From NCBI GenBank assembly GCA_964477955.1, contig CAYZGG010000006.1, positions 16,179 through 80,178 of the forward strand: 64,000 nucleotides of DNA, given 5' to 3'. The notes under the pieces were generated by a model. It worked only from the letters and a program-made list of their open reading frames with translations, was not told the DNA's origin and did not search any database. The stretch comes from an uncultured Opitutaceae bacterium. Lineage in GTDB: Bacteria > Verrucomicrobiota > Verrucomicrobiia > Opitutales > Opitutaceae. The translations under genes were made by a program, and so were the position numbers. Positions 9,448-18,905 of the stretch are shown here, one piece after another (within the stretch, counting starts at the first letter, position 1; each line of letters starts with the position of its first letter).

Positions 9448-9717
9448 TCAGTCATCGTGTCCTCCACCACATCCACCCGGAGGCGACGCCGGCTTTGCAA
9501 ACCGACTCTCGCCACCGAGCCAGGCAATGGCCTTGGCGTAGCTGCGCCCCTCCAGAAAATGCACCAACTGCGGATGCAGCCCGATCCGGTGGACCGCCAG
9601 CAGCGCCTCCACTTCGCTCAAGCCCGCCGAAATCTCCCCGCCATCAGCGTTCGTAATCCCGGCATTGAAGCGGATAAGCGCGGCTTTGATTTTGTCCTCG
9701 GGCGTCGCGGTCGTCAT
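9448..9717 (-). CDS. Small hypothetical protein
   Basis: 89-aa ORF with a plausible helical fold (LHPQLVHFLEGRSYAKA); fills the gap upstream of yciH. Confidence 0.6.
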   Translation of the reverse strand: MTTATPEDKIKAALIRFNAGITNADGGEISAGLSEVEALLAVHRIGLHPQLVHFLEGRSYAKAIAWLGGESRFAKPASPPGGCGGGHDD

Positions 9718-9885
9718 TGGCTTAAGTTCTGTTAATCAGATACAAACAACGGATGATTTCAACTTTATCCGCCATCCGCTGGTCTTGAAACAATTTGCGT
9801 CGATAAAGAGCCGGTGTTTTGTTGATCCCCCCACTCTGCAACCTGCCCGGCCGGTAAGGCCGGATGCTTCCCTTCTTCTTCTGAC

Positions 9886-12642
9886 ATGAACCCACTCAAC
9901 GTTTCCGCCCAGGCCAATTCGGCGCTGGTCGACGAGTATTACCAGCGCTGGCTCGACAATCCCGACTCGGTCGACCCGACCTGGCGCGCCTTCTTCCAGG
10001 GCTTCAACCTTGGCTCCGACGGCAAGGGCCTCGCCGGCGCACCGGTGGCCGGCCTCGCTTCCGACAGCATGAAGCAGGCGGCGGTGCACTACTTCATCAA
10101 CACCTACCGTCGCATCGGCCACACCCAGGCGCACATCAATCCCCTCGACGCCAATCCCCCGCCGCCCGCCCCGAAGCTACAGCTGCCCCTGTTCAACCTT
10201 GCGGACGAGGATCTCGAAACCGTGTTCGACGTCGGCACCTACCTCGGCGGCGGCCAGATGAAGCTGCGCGAAATCGTCGCCTCGCTCCAACAGACCTATA
10301 GCGGCCACGTCGGCGTCGAATACACTCATATCCAGGACTCGGACTGCCGCCGCTGGCTGCAGGAACGGATGGAGTCGACGCGGATGCAGCCGAAGTTCAC
10401 CAAGCCGCAGAAAATGCGCATCCTGCGGAATGTGCACAAGGCCGAGCTGTTCGAAAAATTTCTCCACACGAAATACGTCGGCCAGAAACGCTTCTCGCTC
10501 GAGGGCGGCGAAACCATCATCGCGGCGCTCGACGCCGTCATCAACCACTGCCCCGAAAGCGGGGTCGAGGAGATCGTCATGGGCATGGCGCACCGCGGCC
10601 GGCTGAACGTCCTCTGCAGCGTCCTGCGCAAATCATTCGACCAGCTCTTCGAACAGTTCTCCGAAAACTACATCCCCGACTCCGTCGCCGGCGACGGCGA
10701 CGTGAAATACCACCTCGGCTACGAGTCGGTGCTGACCACCACGACCGGCAAGAAGGTCGAGGTGCGCCTCGCCGCCAATCCCTCGCATCTCGAGATCGTC
10801 GACCCGGTGGTCGAAGGCAAGGCCCGCGCGCGGCAGCGCATCCGCGGCGACACCATCGAACGGCGCAAGGTCATGCCGGTGCTCATCCACGGCGACGCCG
10901 CCATCGCCGGCCAGGGCATCGTCTCGGAAACGCTCCAGTTTTCGCAGCTGCCGGGCTATCGCACCGGCGGCACCGTGCATTTCGTCATCAACAACCAGAT
11001 CGGCTTCACCACGGATCCGAGCGATTCCCGCTCGACGCGCTATTGCACCGACATCGCAAAATCGATCGAAGCCCCGATCTTCCACGTCAACGGCGACGAT
11101 GCCGAGGCGGTTTGCATGATCGCGCAGCTTGCGGTGGATTTCCGCGTCAAGTTCCGGCGCGACGTGTTCATCGACATGTATTGCTACCGGAAGCACGGTC
11201 ACAACGAGACCGACGAGCCGTCCTTCACGCAGCCCGTGATGTACCGGCTCATTGCGAACCACCCGCAGGTCTCGGCCATTTACACACAGAAACTGATCGC
11301 CGCCGGCTCGCTCACCGCCGCGGAGGGCGAGGCGATCAAGGCGGAATACTCCGCCGCCCTCGACGAAAACCTCGCCAAGGCCCGCGCCCGCGAGGCCGCC
11401 AAAACCGAGAAGCGCAAGAGCTCGATCACCGCCAATCCCTTCAAGGGCTCGACCGCGATCTTCCAGCCCGCGTACTCCCACACGCCGGTGACCACCGCCG
11501 TCAGCGCCGAGGTGATCGACCGCGTCTTCCACGGACTCACCACCGTGCCGGCCAGCTTCAAGCTCCACCCGAAAATCCAGCGGTTCGTCGACACCCGGGC
11601 CACCGCCCACAAGAACGGCGGTCCCTTCGATTGGGGCATGGGCGAGGCGCTGGCCCTGGGCTCGCTGCTGCTCGAGGGCATACCCGTGCGCCTGAGCGGA
11701 CAGGACACTGAACGCGGCACCTTCACGCACCGGCACTCCGTTTTCCACGACACCGAGTCGGCGGAGAAATACACTCCGCTGAACAATCTCACCGCTGACC
11801 AGCAGGCGAAATTCTGCGTCTACAACTCGCTGCTGTCCGAAGCCGCGGTGCTCGGTTTCGACTACGGCTACTCGCTCGACTATCCCGACCTGCTTTGCAT
11901 CTGGGAGGCGCAGTTTGGTGATTTTGCCAACGGCGCGCAGGTCGTGATCGACCAGTTCCTCGCCGCCGGTGAATCGAAATGGCAGCGCGCGACCGGCATG
12001 GTCCTCCTCCTGCCCCACGGTTACGAGGGTCAAGGCCCCGAGCATTCCTCGGCCCGTCTCGAACGCTTCCTGCAGCTTGGCGCAGAGGACAACATTCAGG
12101 TGGCGAATCTCACCACCCCGGCCCAGCTCTTCCACATCCTGCGCCGGCAGATGAAACGCGATTTCCGAAAACCGCTCATCATCATGTCGCCCAAATCCCT
12201 GCTGCGCCATCCCGCCGCGATCTCGCGCGTCGGCGACTTCACCCAGGGTCATTTTGCCGAGATCCTCGACGATCCGAGGAGTCCGGAGAAAATCGATCGC
12301 GTCATCCTGTGTTCCGGCAAGGTTTACTACGACCTCACCGAGTACCGCGAGAAAAACCAGGCGGAGAGCGTCGCCCTGGTGCGCGTCGAACAGCTTTATC
12401 CGCTGCACCGGGACCGCGTGGCTGCCTTGGCCGCGAAATACCCGCGCGCCAAATTTGTCTGGTGCCAGGAAGAGCCCGAGAACATGGGCGCCTGGCGCTG
12501 GATCGCCCCGCAGCTCGAGGAAATCCTCGGCCGGAAACCGGCCTACGCCGGACGCGACGCCGCGGCTTCCCCCGCTGTCGGTCTGCTCGCCCTGCATCGG
12601 GTGCAGCTGGCCGGCTTTCTCAAGAAAGCCTTCACGCTCTAG
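9886..12642 (+). CDS. sucA: 2-oxoglutarate dehydrogenase E1
   Basis: [38 protein letters not shown] and [14 protein letters not shown] motifs. Confidence 0.97.
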   Translation: MNPLNVSAQANSALVDEYYQRWLDNPDSVDPTWRAFFQGFNLGSDGKGLAGAPVAGLASDSMKQAAVHYFINTYRRIGHTQAHINPLDANPPPPAPKLQLPLFNLADEDLETVFDVGTYLGGGQMKLREIVASLQQTYSGHVGVEYTHIQDSDCRRWLQERMESTRMQPKFTKPQKMRILRNVHKAELFEKFLHTKYVGQKRFSLEGGETIIAALDAVINHCPESGVEEIVMGMAHRGRLNVLCSVLRKSFDQLFEQFSENYIPDSVAGDGDVKYHLGYESVLTTTTGKKVEVRLAANPSHLEIVDPVVEGKARARQRIRGDTIERRKVMPVLIHGDAAIAGQGIVSETLQFSQLPGYRTGGTVHFVINNQIGFTTDPSDSRSTRYCTDIAKSIEAPIFHVNGDDAEAVCMIAQLAVDFRVKFRRDVFIDMYCYRKHGHNETDEPSFTQPVMYRLIANHPQVSAIYTQKLIAAGSLTAAEGEAIKAEYSAALDENLAKARAREAAKTEKRKSSITANPFKGSTAIFQPAYSHTPVTTAVSAEVIDRVFHGLTTVPASFKLHPKIQRFVDTRATAHKNGGPFDWGMGEALALGSLLLEGIPVRLSGQDTERGTFTHRHSVFHDTESAEKYTPLNNLTADQQAKFCVYNSLLSEAAVLGFDYGYSLDYPDLLCIWEAQFGDFANGAQVVIDQFLAAGESKWQRATGMVLLLPHGYEGQGPEHSSARLERFLQLGAEDNIQVANLTTPAQLFHILRRQMKRDFRKPLIIMSPKSLLRHPAAISRVGDFTQGHFAEILDDPRSPEKIDRVILCSGKVYYDLTEYREKNQAESVALVRVEQLYPLHRDRVAALAAKYPRAKFVWCQEEPENMGAWRWIAPQLEEILGRKPAYAGRDAAASPAVGLLALHRVQLAGFLKKAFTL

Positions 12643-12723
12643 CCTGGGTTGTTCCCTTGCGCGTCGTCTTTCTTCGGCCAGGGCCGGCGATTGCCAGACC
12701 AGCGGCTGCGGGAACAACCAGGC
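12642..12723. repeat. Inverted-repeat element between sucA and sucB
   Basis: GCCTGGGTTGTTCCC ... GGGAACAACCAGGC arms. Confidence 0.55.
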
Positions 12724-12776
12724 GAAGGCCGAAGATTCCACTTTCGTTCACCCGCACTTTCCCTCTCACTTCCGCC

Positions 12777-14057
12777 ATGTCCATCGAAGTCAAAATCCCT
12801 CCCATGGGCGAATCCATCACCTCCGGCGTGCTCGCCAAATGGCACGTCAAGGACGGCGACCTGGTGAAGAAAGACCAGCCGCTCTTCGAACTGGAAACCG
12901 ACAAGATTACCTCGGAAGGCACTGCTGAGGCCGCGGGCCGGATCGCCATCTCCGTCAGCGCCGGCGCCGAAGTGAAGATCGGCCAGGTCGTCGCCACGAT
13001 CGATGAGGCCGCCACTTCCGCCGCCGCTGCGGGCGCCGACTTGTCCGCCGCACCCTCGGCGAAGGCGGAACCCCGCGAGGCCGCAGCCCCGGCCGCGACC
13101 AATCAAAAATCCGCAATCGAAAATCCGCAATCGGGTGAGACGGCCGTCTCCCCCGCCGTCCGCCGCCTCGCCGCCGAGACCGGCCTCGACCCCGCCAGTG
13201 TCAGCGGCACGGGCAAGGCTGGCCGCGTCACCAAAGGCGACCTGCTCGCCGCCGTGGAAGCCAAACCCACGGCCCCGGCTTCTCTGGCCACGACCCCAAT
13301 AATCCCAGCCGCTGCGGCTACCCCAATCAAAAATCAAGAATCGAAAATCGAAAATTCAGCGCGCCAGACGCGGACCAAGATGACGAAACTCCGGCAGACC
13401 ATCGCCAGCCGGCTCGTCCGCGCCCAGCAGGAAGCGGCCATGCTCACGACCTTCAACGAGTGCGATATGTCCGCCGTGATGGCCCTGCGCGCGAAATACC
13501 AGGATGATTTCGTGAAAAAGCACGGCGTGAAACTCGGCTTCATGTCGTTTTTCGCCAAGGCTGTCGTCCACGCGCTCAAGGAAGTCCCGGCCGTCAACGC
13601 CCAGATCGACGGCGACCAGATCGTTCAGAATCATTATTTCGACGTCGGCGTGGCGGTCTCGACCGACAAAGGCCTCATGGTTCCCGTCATCCGCCAATGC
13701 GACCTGCTCGGCATGGCCGAAATAGAAAAAAGCATCGCGGAGGTCGCCAAGAAGGCCCGCGAAGGCAAGATCACGTTCGCCGACCTCGAAGGCGGCGTAT
13801 TCACCATCACCAACGGCGGCATCTTCGGCTCGATGCTCTCCACCCCGATCCTCAACGCCCCCCAGAGCGCGATCCTCGGACTTCACGCCATAAACGAACG
13901 TCCGATCGCGCTCAACGGCCAGGTTGTGATCCGCCCAATGATGTACCTCGCCCTGAGCTATGACCACCGCCTCATCGATGGCCGCGAAGCCGTGACGTTC
14001 CTCGTGAAAGTCAAACAGGCCATCGAGGATCCGGCCCGCCTCGCGATCGGAATCTAG
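12777..14057 (+). CDS. sucB: Dihydrolipoyl succinyltransferase E2
   Basis: Lipoyl domain ELETDK, E3-binding [16 protein letters not shown], catalytic YDHRLIDG. Confidence 0.96.
   Translation: MSIEVKIPPMGESITSGVLAKWHVKDGDLVKKDQPLFELETDKITSEGTAEAAGRIAISVSAGAEVKIGQVVATIDEAATSAAAAGADLSAAPSAKAEPREAAAPAATNQKSAIENPQSGETAVSPAVRRLAAETGLDPASVSGTGKAGRVTKGDLLAAVEAKPTAPASLATTPIIPAAAATPIKNQESKIENSARQTRTKMTKLRQTIASRLVRAQQEAAMLTTFNECDMSAVMALRAKYQDDFVKKHGVKLGFMSFFAKAVVHALKEVPAVNAQIDGDQIVQNHYFDVGVAVSTDKGLMVPVIRQCDLLGMAEIEKSIAEVAKKAREGKITFADLEGGVFTITNGGIFGSMLSTPILNAPQSAILGLHAINERPIALNGQVVIRPMMYLALSYDHRLIDGREAVTFLVKVKQAIEDPARLAIGI
13101..13135 (+). repeat. Heptamer tandem (AATCNNN)x5 in the sucB linker
   Basis: aatcaaa aatccgc aatcgaa aatccgc aatcggg. 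Confidence 0.8.
13325..13359 (+). repeat. Heptamer tandem (AATCNNN)x5 in the second sucB linker
   Basis: aatcaaa aatcaag aatcgaa aatcgaa aattcag. Confidence 0.8.
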
Positions 14058-14065
14058 CAAGCATA

Positions 14066-14138
14066 GCCACAAAAGGCACAGAAAGCACAAAGGTCTGCCT
14101 GCCTTTAAGCTTTTTGCGCCTTTTGTGCTTTTTGTGGC
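14066..14138. repeat. Inverted repeat built from 9-nt units
   Basis: gc-cacaaaagg-cacagaaag-cacaaagg ... tttttgcg-ccttttgtg-ctttttgtg-gc. Confidence 0.8.
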
Positions 14139-14153
14139 CAGTCAATTCTTCTC

Positions 14154-15602
14154 ATGTCTTCCACTTCCTTCGACCTCCTCGTCATCGGCGCCGGCCCCGG
14201 CGGCTATGTGTGCGCGTTCCGCGCGCAGCAGCTCGGCCTTAAAGTCGCCCTGGTGGAAAAGCGCCCCACCCTCGGCGGCACCTGTCTCAACGTGGGTTGC
14301 ATCCCGAGCAAAGCGCTGTTGCACACGAGCGAACAGTTTGCCTGGGCCCGCCATCACGCCGCCGAATCGGGCATCAAGCTCGGCTCGGTCGAAGCCGACC
14401 TGCCGACGATTCTCCGGAAAAAAGACGAGGTCGTCACCAAACTCGTCGGCGGCGTCGGCCTGCTGGCCAAGGGCCGCAAAATCCCCGTCTACACCGGCGC
14501 GGCGGCGTTCCTCTCCCCCACCGAGATCGAGGTGGCTGCTCCTGATGTGGGCGGGGTGCCCTCACCCCGTGTTCGGCTCACCGCCAAAAATTTCGTCGTC
14601 GCCACCGGCTCCGCCCCCGTCGAGCTGCCGTTCATGAAGTTTGACGGCCAGACGATTGTCTCGAGCGACGAAGCCATCGCCTTCAGCGAGGTCCCCAAAA
14701 AACTCGTCGTGGTCGGCGGCGGCGCCATCGGCCTCGAGCTCGGCTCCGTCTGGGCGCGCCTCGGCAGCGAGGTCACCGTGGTTGAATTTCTGCCGAAGAT
14801 CGTGGCCATGTTCGATGACGATATCGTCCGCAATTTCGCCCGCCTGCTCCAGAAACAGGGCCTCAAAATCGAGGTCAACGCGAAGGTCACCGGCTTCCGG
14901 CCTTCAGCCCTCAGCTCTCAGCCCTCAGCTGCCGGCAGCACCGGCACCCTCACCGCCGAGCGCGACGGCCAGAAACTGGAATTCCCCGCCGACAAGGTGC
15001 TCGTGGCCGTGGGCCGCCGGCCGTTTACCGACGGTCTCGGCCTCGACAAGGCCGGCGTGCAGCTTGACGAAAAGAAACGCATCAAGGTCGATGCCCGCCT
15101 TCGGACCAACGTGCCGGGCATCTGGGCGCTGGGCGACGTGGTCGCCGGGCCCATGCTCGCGCACAAGGCCGAGGAGGATGGGGTCGCCGTGGCGGAGTGG
15201 ATCGTGGGCAAGGCCGGCCATGTGAACTGGGAGCTGGTTCCAGCCGTCGTGTACACCCAGCCGGAGCTCGCCTCCGTCGGAATCGGTGAAGACGCGGCCA
15301 AGGCCGCCGGGCGCGCGGTCAATGTGGGCAAATTCAATTTTGGCGCGAACGGCCGGGCCATCGCCATGGCGGCCACGGACGGTTTTGTGAAGATCGTCGC
15401 CGATGCCAAGACCGACAAAATCCTCGGCGCCCAGATTCTCGGCTACAACGCCGGCGAGCTCATCAGCGAAATCGTGACCCACATGGAATACGGCGGCAGC
15501 GCCGAGGACCTGGGCCGCACCATCCACGCCCACCCGACCGCGAGCGAAGCGCTCAAGGAAGCCGGCCTCGCGGTAAGCAAATCAGCTATTCATGCCCTGT
15601 AA
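14154..15602 (+). CDS. lpdA: Dihydrolipoyl dehydrogenase E3
   Basis: GAGPGGY, GGTCLNVGCIPSK, GGGAIGLE and HAHPTASE motifs. Confidence 0.97.
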   Translation: MSSTSFDLLVIGAGPGGYVCAFRAQQLGLKVALVEKRPTLGGTCLNVGCIPSKALLHTSEQFAWARHHAAESGIKLGSVEADLPTILRKKDEVVTKLVGGVGLLAKGRKIPVYTGAAAFLSPTEIEVAAPDVGGVPSPRVRLTAKNFVVATGSAPVELPFMKFDGQTIVSSDEAIAFSEVPKKLVVVGGGAIGLELGSVWARLGSEVTVVEFLPKIVAMFDDDIVRNFARLLQKQGLKIEVNAKVTGFRPSALSSQPSAAGSTGTLTAERDGQKLEFPADKVLVAVGRRPFTDGLGLDKAGVQLDEKKRIKVDARLRTNVPGIWALGDVVAGPMLAHKAEEDGVAVAEWIVGKAGHVNWELVPAVVYTQPELASVGIGEDAAKAAGRAVNVGKFNFGANGRAIAMAATDGFVKIVADAKTDKILGAQILGYNAGELISEIVTHMEYGGSAEDLGRTIHAHPTASEALKEAGLAVSKSAIHAL

Positions 15603-15659
15603 CTTCCGTTCACATCCAGCCGGTCCGGCGTCTCGTCGCGCCGTAGCTTCAGCGAAGGC

Positions 15660-15705
15660 GGAAGCCGGCCTCGCGGTGAGCAAGAGCGCGATACACGCCT
15701 TGTGA
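15660..15705 (+). repeat. Duplicated, synonymously diverged lpdA 3' end
   Basis: 15661-15705 encodes EAGLAVSKSAIHAL-stop, as does 15558-15602. Confidence 0.9.
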
Positions 15706-15766
15706 TTTTCGTGCGAACGGATCTTGTGGCCTTGCCCCGCCGCAGACCGGGCCGCGTCCTCCTGTC

Positions 15767-16663
15767 GTGACCGCATCCCCGTCCCGGACCAGGACCCATC
15801 GCCGCGCCATCGCGCTGATGCTGTTATCCGTCGCATCGTTCACCGCCAACGTCCTGCTGGTCCGCGCGCTGGGCGCCATGGGCGCCAGCAACATCTGGCT
15901 GGTTTCCTGCGCCCGCTTCGTCGTCGGACTGGCGATCGTCATGATCGTCTACCGCCGGGAATTCGAACCGGGGCACCTTTGGCGCAGCCGCAAACTGATC
16001 GAGCGCGGCGTGCTGGGCGGCATCGGGGTCTACCTCACCTATCTCACCGTGGTGAAACTCGGGGCCGGACGGGCGACCTTCATCAGCAACACGTATGTCG
16101 TCTGGGGCGCCTTGCTCGCCGCCTGGCTGCTGAAGGAAGCCCTGCATCCCTCCCTGTTCGTCGGCGGCCTCGCGGCCCTGGTCGGGCTCGGCCTGCTCAC
16201 CGATACTTTTTCCAGCCAGCTCCACCCGGGAGCCTACGACCTGCTCGCCGTGCTGGCCTCGTTGATCTCGGCCTTCGTCGTCGTGACCATCCGGCAGCTG
16301 CACCACGAGGAACACACCTCGACGATCTTCGCCGCCCAATGCGTGTATGGTTTGCTGATCTGCGCGGTGCCCGCCACCGTGACCTTTCAACCGCTGTCTG
16401 CCGAAGCGTGGGTGCTGCTCGGCGCGGCCAGCGTGACGGCGGGAACCGGGCAGCTGAGCATGACGCGCGCCTTCCGCGACCTGCCTGTGGCCGAGGGATC
16501 GTTGCTCCAGATCCTCGTGCCCCTCGGCATCGCCGGCGGAGGCTTTCTGTTCTTCCGCGAGCGGTTTGCCCCGCACGAGCTGATCGGCGCGGCCCTGATC
16601 CTCGGCGGCACCGCATACACGGCGTTTCGCAGCCAGCAGCCGGCCAGCGCTGAACCCGAATGA
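15767..16663 (+). CDS. DMT/EamA family transporter
   Basis: About 10 TM segments in two repeats; LLKE and FFRE motifs. Confidence 0.85.
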   Translation: MTASPSRTRTHRRAIALMLLSVASFTANVLLVRALGAMGASNIWLVSCARFVVGLAIVMIVYRREFEPGHLWRSRKLIERGVLGGIGVYLTYLTVVKLGAGRATFISNTYVVWGALLAAWLLKEALHPSLFVGGLAALVGLGLLTDTFSSQLHPGAYDLLAVLASLISAFVVVTIRQLHHEEHTSTIFAAQCVYGLLICAVPATVTFQPLSAEAWVLLGAASVTAGTGQLSMTRAFRDLPVAEGSLLQILVPLGIAGGGFLFFRERFAPHELIGAALILGGTAYTAFRSQQPASAEPE

Positions 16664-16800
16664 CTGCGCCCGGCCACCTGCGACGGCCCAATTCGCGTAT
16701 CCGCGCTTGATTGCCGCCCGCCGACGCTGTCTTTTGTCGGAGGCCGTTGGCAGGCGACCCGCAGAAGAGTCGCTTGCTGGCAGACCCCATCGCTCCGAAC

Positions 16801-17487
16801 GTGAAAAAACTCATCCTCTGGGACATCGACGGCACGCTGATCGTTTCGCACGGCGCGGGCGTTCGCGCCATGGAGCGCGCGCTCACGGAGCGTTTCGGCG
16901 TCTCGTGCGATCTCGGCCAGATCGACTGGGCCGGGCGCACGGACACCTGGATCACCACCGAGGTGCTGCGCCATTGCGGCCTGCCCGAGACTCCGGCAAA
17001 CGTGCACGACTATCTCGAAGCCTACCTGCAAACCCTCCCGCTCGAACTCAAGGCGGGAAAACAAGGCGGCGTGCTCCCCGGCGTCCTGCAGATCCTCCAA
17101 ATCCTGCATGAGCGCACCGACGTCGCCCAGGGACTGCTGACCGGGAATTTGCGACGCGGCGCGGAACTGAAGCTCTCGCACTACCGCGTCTGGCATTATT
17201 TCGAATTCGGCGCCTTCGCCGACGACAGTCCCTGGCGCAACGACCTGGGCCCGCACGCCCTCCGCCGCGCCTCGGAGCTCTACGACATGGAATTCTCGCC
17301 CAACCGGACCTTCATCATCGGCGACACCCCGCACGACATCGAATGCGGCAAGGTCATCGGCGCCCGGACCATCGCCGTGGCCACGGGCAAATACAGCGTG
17401 TCCGAACTGGCTTCGCACCAACCGACCGCCGTCTTTGCCAACTTCGCCAACGTCACGGCGTTTCTGCACGCGATCGACACCGGCTGA
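16801..17487 (+). CDS. HAD-family hydrolase
   Basis: WDIDGTL, LLTGN and IIGDTPHDIECG motifs; GTG start. Confidence 0.9.
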   Translation: MKKLILWDIDGTLIVSHGAGVRAMERALTERFGVSCDLGQIDWAGRTDTWITTEVLRHCGLPETPANVHDYLEAYLQTLPLELKAGKQGGVLPGVLQILQILHERTDVAQGLLTGNLRRGAELKLSHYRVWHYFEFGAFADDSPWRNDLGPHALRRASELYDMEFSPNRTFIIGDTPHDIECGKVIGARTIAVATGKYSVSELASHQPTAVFANFANVTAFLHAIDTG

Positions 17488-17517
17488 GCGCGTGCACGGC
17501 GGCAGAAAAGCAAACCA

Positions 17518-17637
17518 TCGCCTGCAAGCAGGCTCCTACAGTAAAAAGCTCGGGGGCTTTCCCGCCGAGACAATCCATTTTGTGGGAGCGAGCTTGCTCG
17601 CGACTCGTTCGATGTCGCGAGCAAGCTCGCTCCCACA
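17518..17637. repeat. REP cluster (GTAGGAGCCTGCTTGCAGGCGA and GTGGGAGCGAGCTTGCTCGCGA families)
   Basis: Perfect inverted pair 17581-17604 / 17614-17637; single unit at 17518-17540. Confidence 0.85.
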
Positions 17638-17712
17638 TTTTCAAGCAGGCCGAAGCAAGCTTCGGGATATTGGCCCCCCTGGAAATGAATCGCGAACTCT
17701 CCGGCTCGAGCG

Positions 17713-18132
17713 CTACCGCCGGGCGTACTCGATGGCGTGGACGCGACCGTCGCGAAATTCCACCCGCATTTTCTCGTTGGGCCCGTAACCGCCCGTCGAC
17801 GTCGCGACACCCACGCCCGTGGCGCTGTGCGAACCGAATGAACCGAAACCGAAGCCAAACGAAAACTGCGGCCGGTCGTCGTCGTAGCTCCAGACCTCGG
17901 CCTCGCCATGCTCGTTCTTGATGGTCGCTTTCCGGGCCGGCTCTCCCAGGGCGATGAGCACCATCTCGGGAGTGAAGCCGATGTCGACCCGACCCGTCCG
18001 GATTTTTTCCTGGGCATCGGCCGGAAACCTGTCGAAGGCCGCCCGATTCCCGTCGATGCGCGATTGGGGCGTGGAGCAGGCGGTCAGCAAAACCAGGAAA
18101 AGCAAGCCGAGGGGGTATTTTTTCGGGCTCAT
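17713..18132 (-). CDS. Hypothetical lipoprotein
   Basis: Lipobox LTA-C; GFTPEMVLIALGEP..EVWSY resembles SmpA/OmlA-like proteins. Confidence 0.75.
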   Translation of the reverse strand: MSPKKYPLGLLFLVLLTACSTPQSRIDGNRAAFDRFPADAQEKIRTGRVDIGFTPEMVLIALGEPARKATIKNEHGEAEVWSYDDDRPQFSFGFGFGSFGSHSATGVGVATSTGGYGPNEKMRVEFRDGRVHAIEYARR

Positions 18133-18217
18133 GGGATATTTTGTTTGCTGGCCTTTACGCTGTCCTGATTTACGACAGACGCAACTCAACTCCGCGCCCT
18201 TCGCCACCTCTTTGCCC

Positions 18218-18655
18218 ATGAACAAATTCACCATCGCCATCGGTTCCGACCACGCCGGTTTTGCCTACAAGGAAAAGATCAAGGCCTGGTTGCTCGTCGA
18301 AGGGCACACCGTGCGCGATTTCGGCACCACTTCCGAAGCGCCCTGCGATTATCCCGATTTCATCCGCCCCGTGGCCGAAGCGGTGGCCCGGGGCGAGTTC
18401 GAGCGGGGCATCGTGCTTGGCGGCTCCGGCAACGGCGAGGCCATCACCGCCAACCGAATCCGCGGCGTCCGCTGCGGACTGTGCTGGAACGAACAGGTCG
18501 CCGTGTGGAACCGGGCGCACAACGACGGCAACGTGCTCTCCCTCGGCCAGCGCACCATCGACGAGGAAATGGCGCTCAAGATCGTCAAGATCTGGCTGGA
18601 AACTGCCTTCGAAGGCGGACGCCACCTGCCGCGGATTCGGAAGATCGATCCGTAA
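18218..18655 (+). CDS. rpiB: Ribose-5-phosphate isomerase B
   Basis: IGSDHAG, DYPD, GGSGNGE, HNDGN and FEGGRH motifs. Confidence 0.93.
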   Translation: MNKFTIAIGSDHAGFAYKEKIKAWLLVEGHTVRDFGTTSEAPCDYPDFIRPVAEAVARGEFERGIVLGGSGNGEAITANRIRGVRCGLCWNEQVAVWNRAHNDGNVLSLGQRTIDEEMALKIVKIWLETAFEGGRHLPRIRKIDP

Positions 18656-18683
18656 GCGGCGACCCCGGGAACCAAAGGCTCGT

Positions 18684-18737
18684 TGTAGGAGCGTGTTTAC
18701 ACGCGACCTGAACTGTCGCCTGTAAACAGGCTCCTAC
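18684..18737. repeat. Inverted REP pair (GTAGGAGC family)
   Basis: tgtaggagcgtgtttacacgcgac ... gtcgcctgtaaacaggctcctac. Confidence 0.8.
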
Positions 18738-18748
18738 CTTAGCGGGGA

Positions 18749-18881
18749 TCATGCAGTTGGAATGAGGTGGAACCGGACCTCCGGGCCGGTTTTCGTTGCG
18801 TGACCACATCAGCCCGCCCGGAGGTCGGGCTCCGCCTTTCAAGAGCGCAAGTTCGCAGAAAAATCACGCGCAACTGCATGA
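18749..18881. mobile_element. MITE-like element, copy 1 (about 133 bp)
   Basis: Ends TCATGCAGTTG / CAACTGCATGA; inverted homologue at 32070-32201. Confidence 0.7.
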
Positions 18882-18905
18882 GTCCGGCTTAGGGCCGCCT
18901 CCTCC

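Noticed and set aside
17518..18881. Repeat clusters as a CRISPR array
   Set aside because: They are inverted palindromic pairs, not direct repeats with regular unique spacers, and no cas genes are present.
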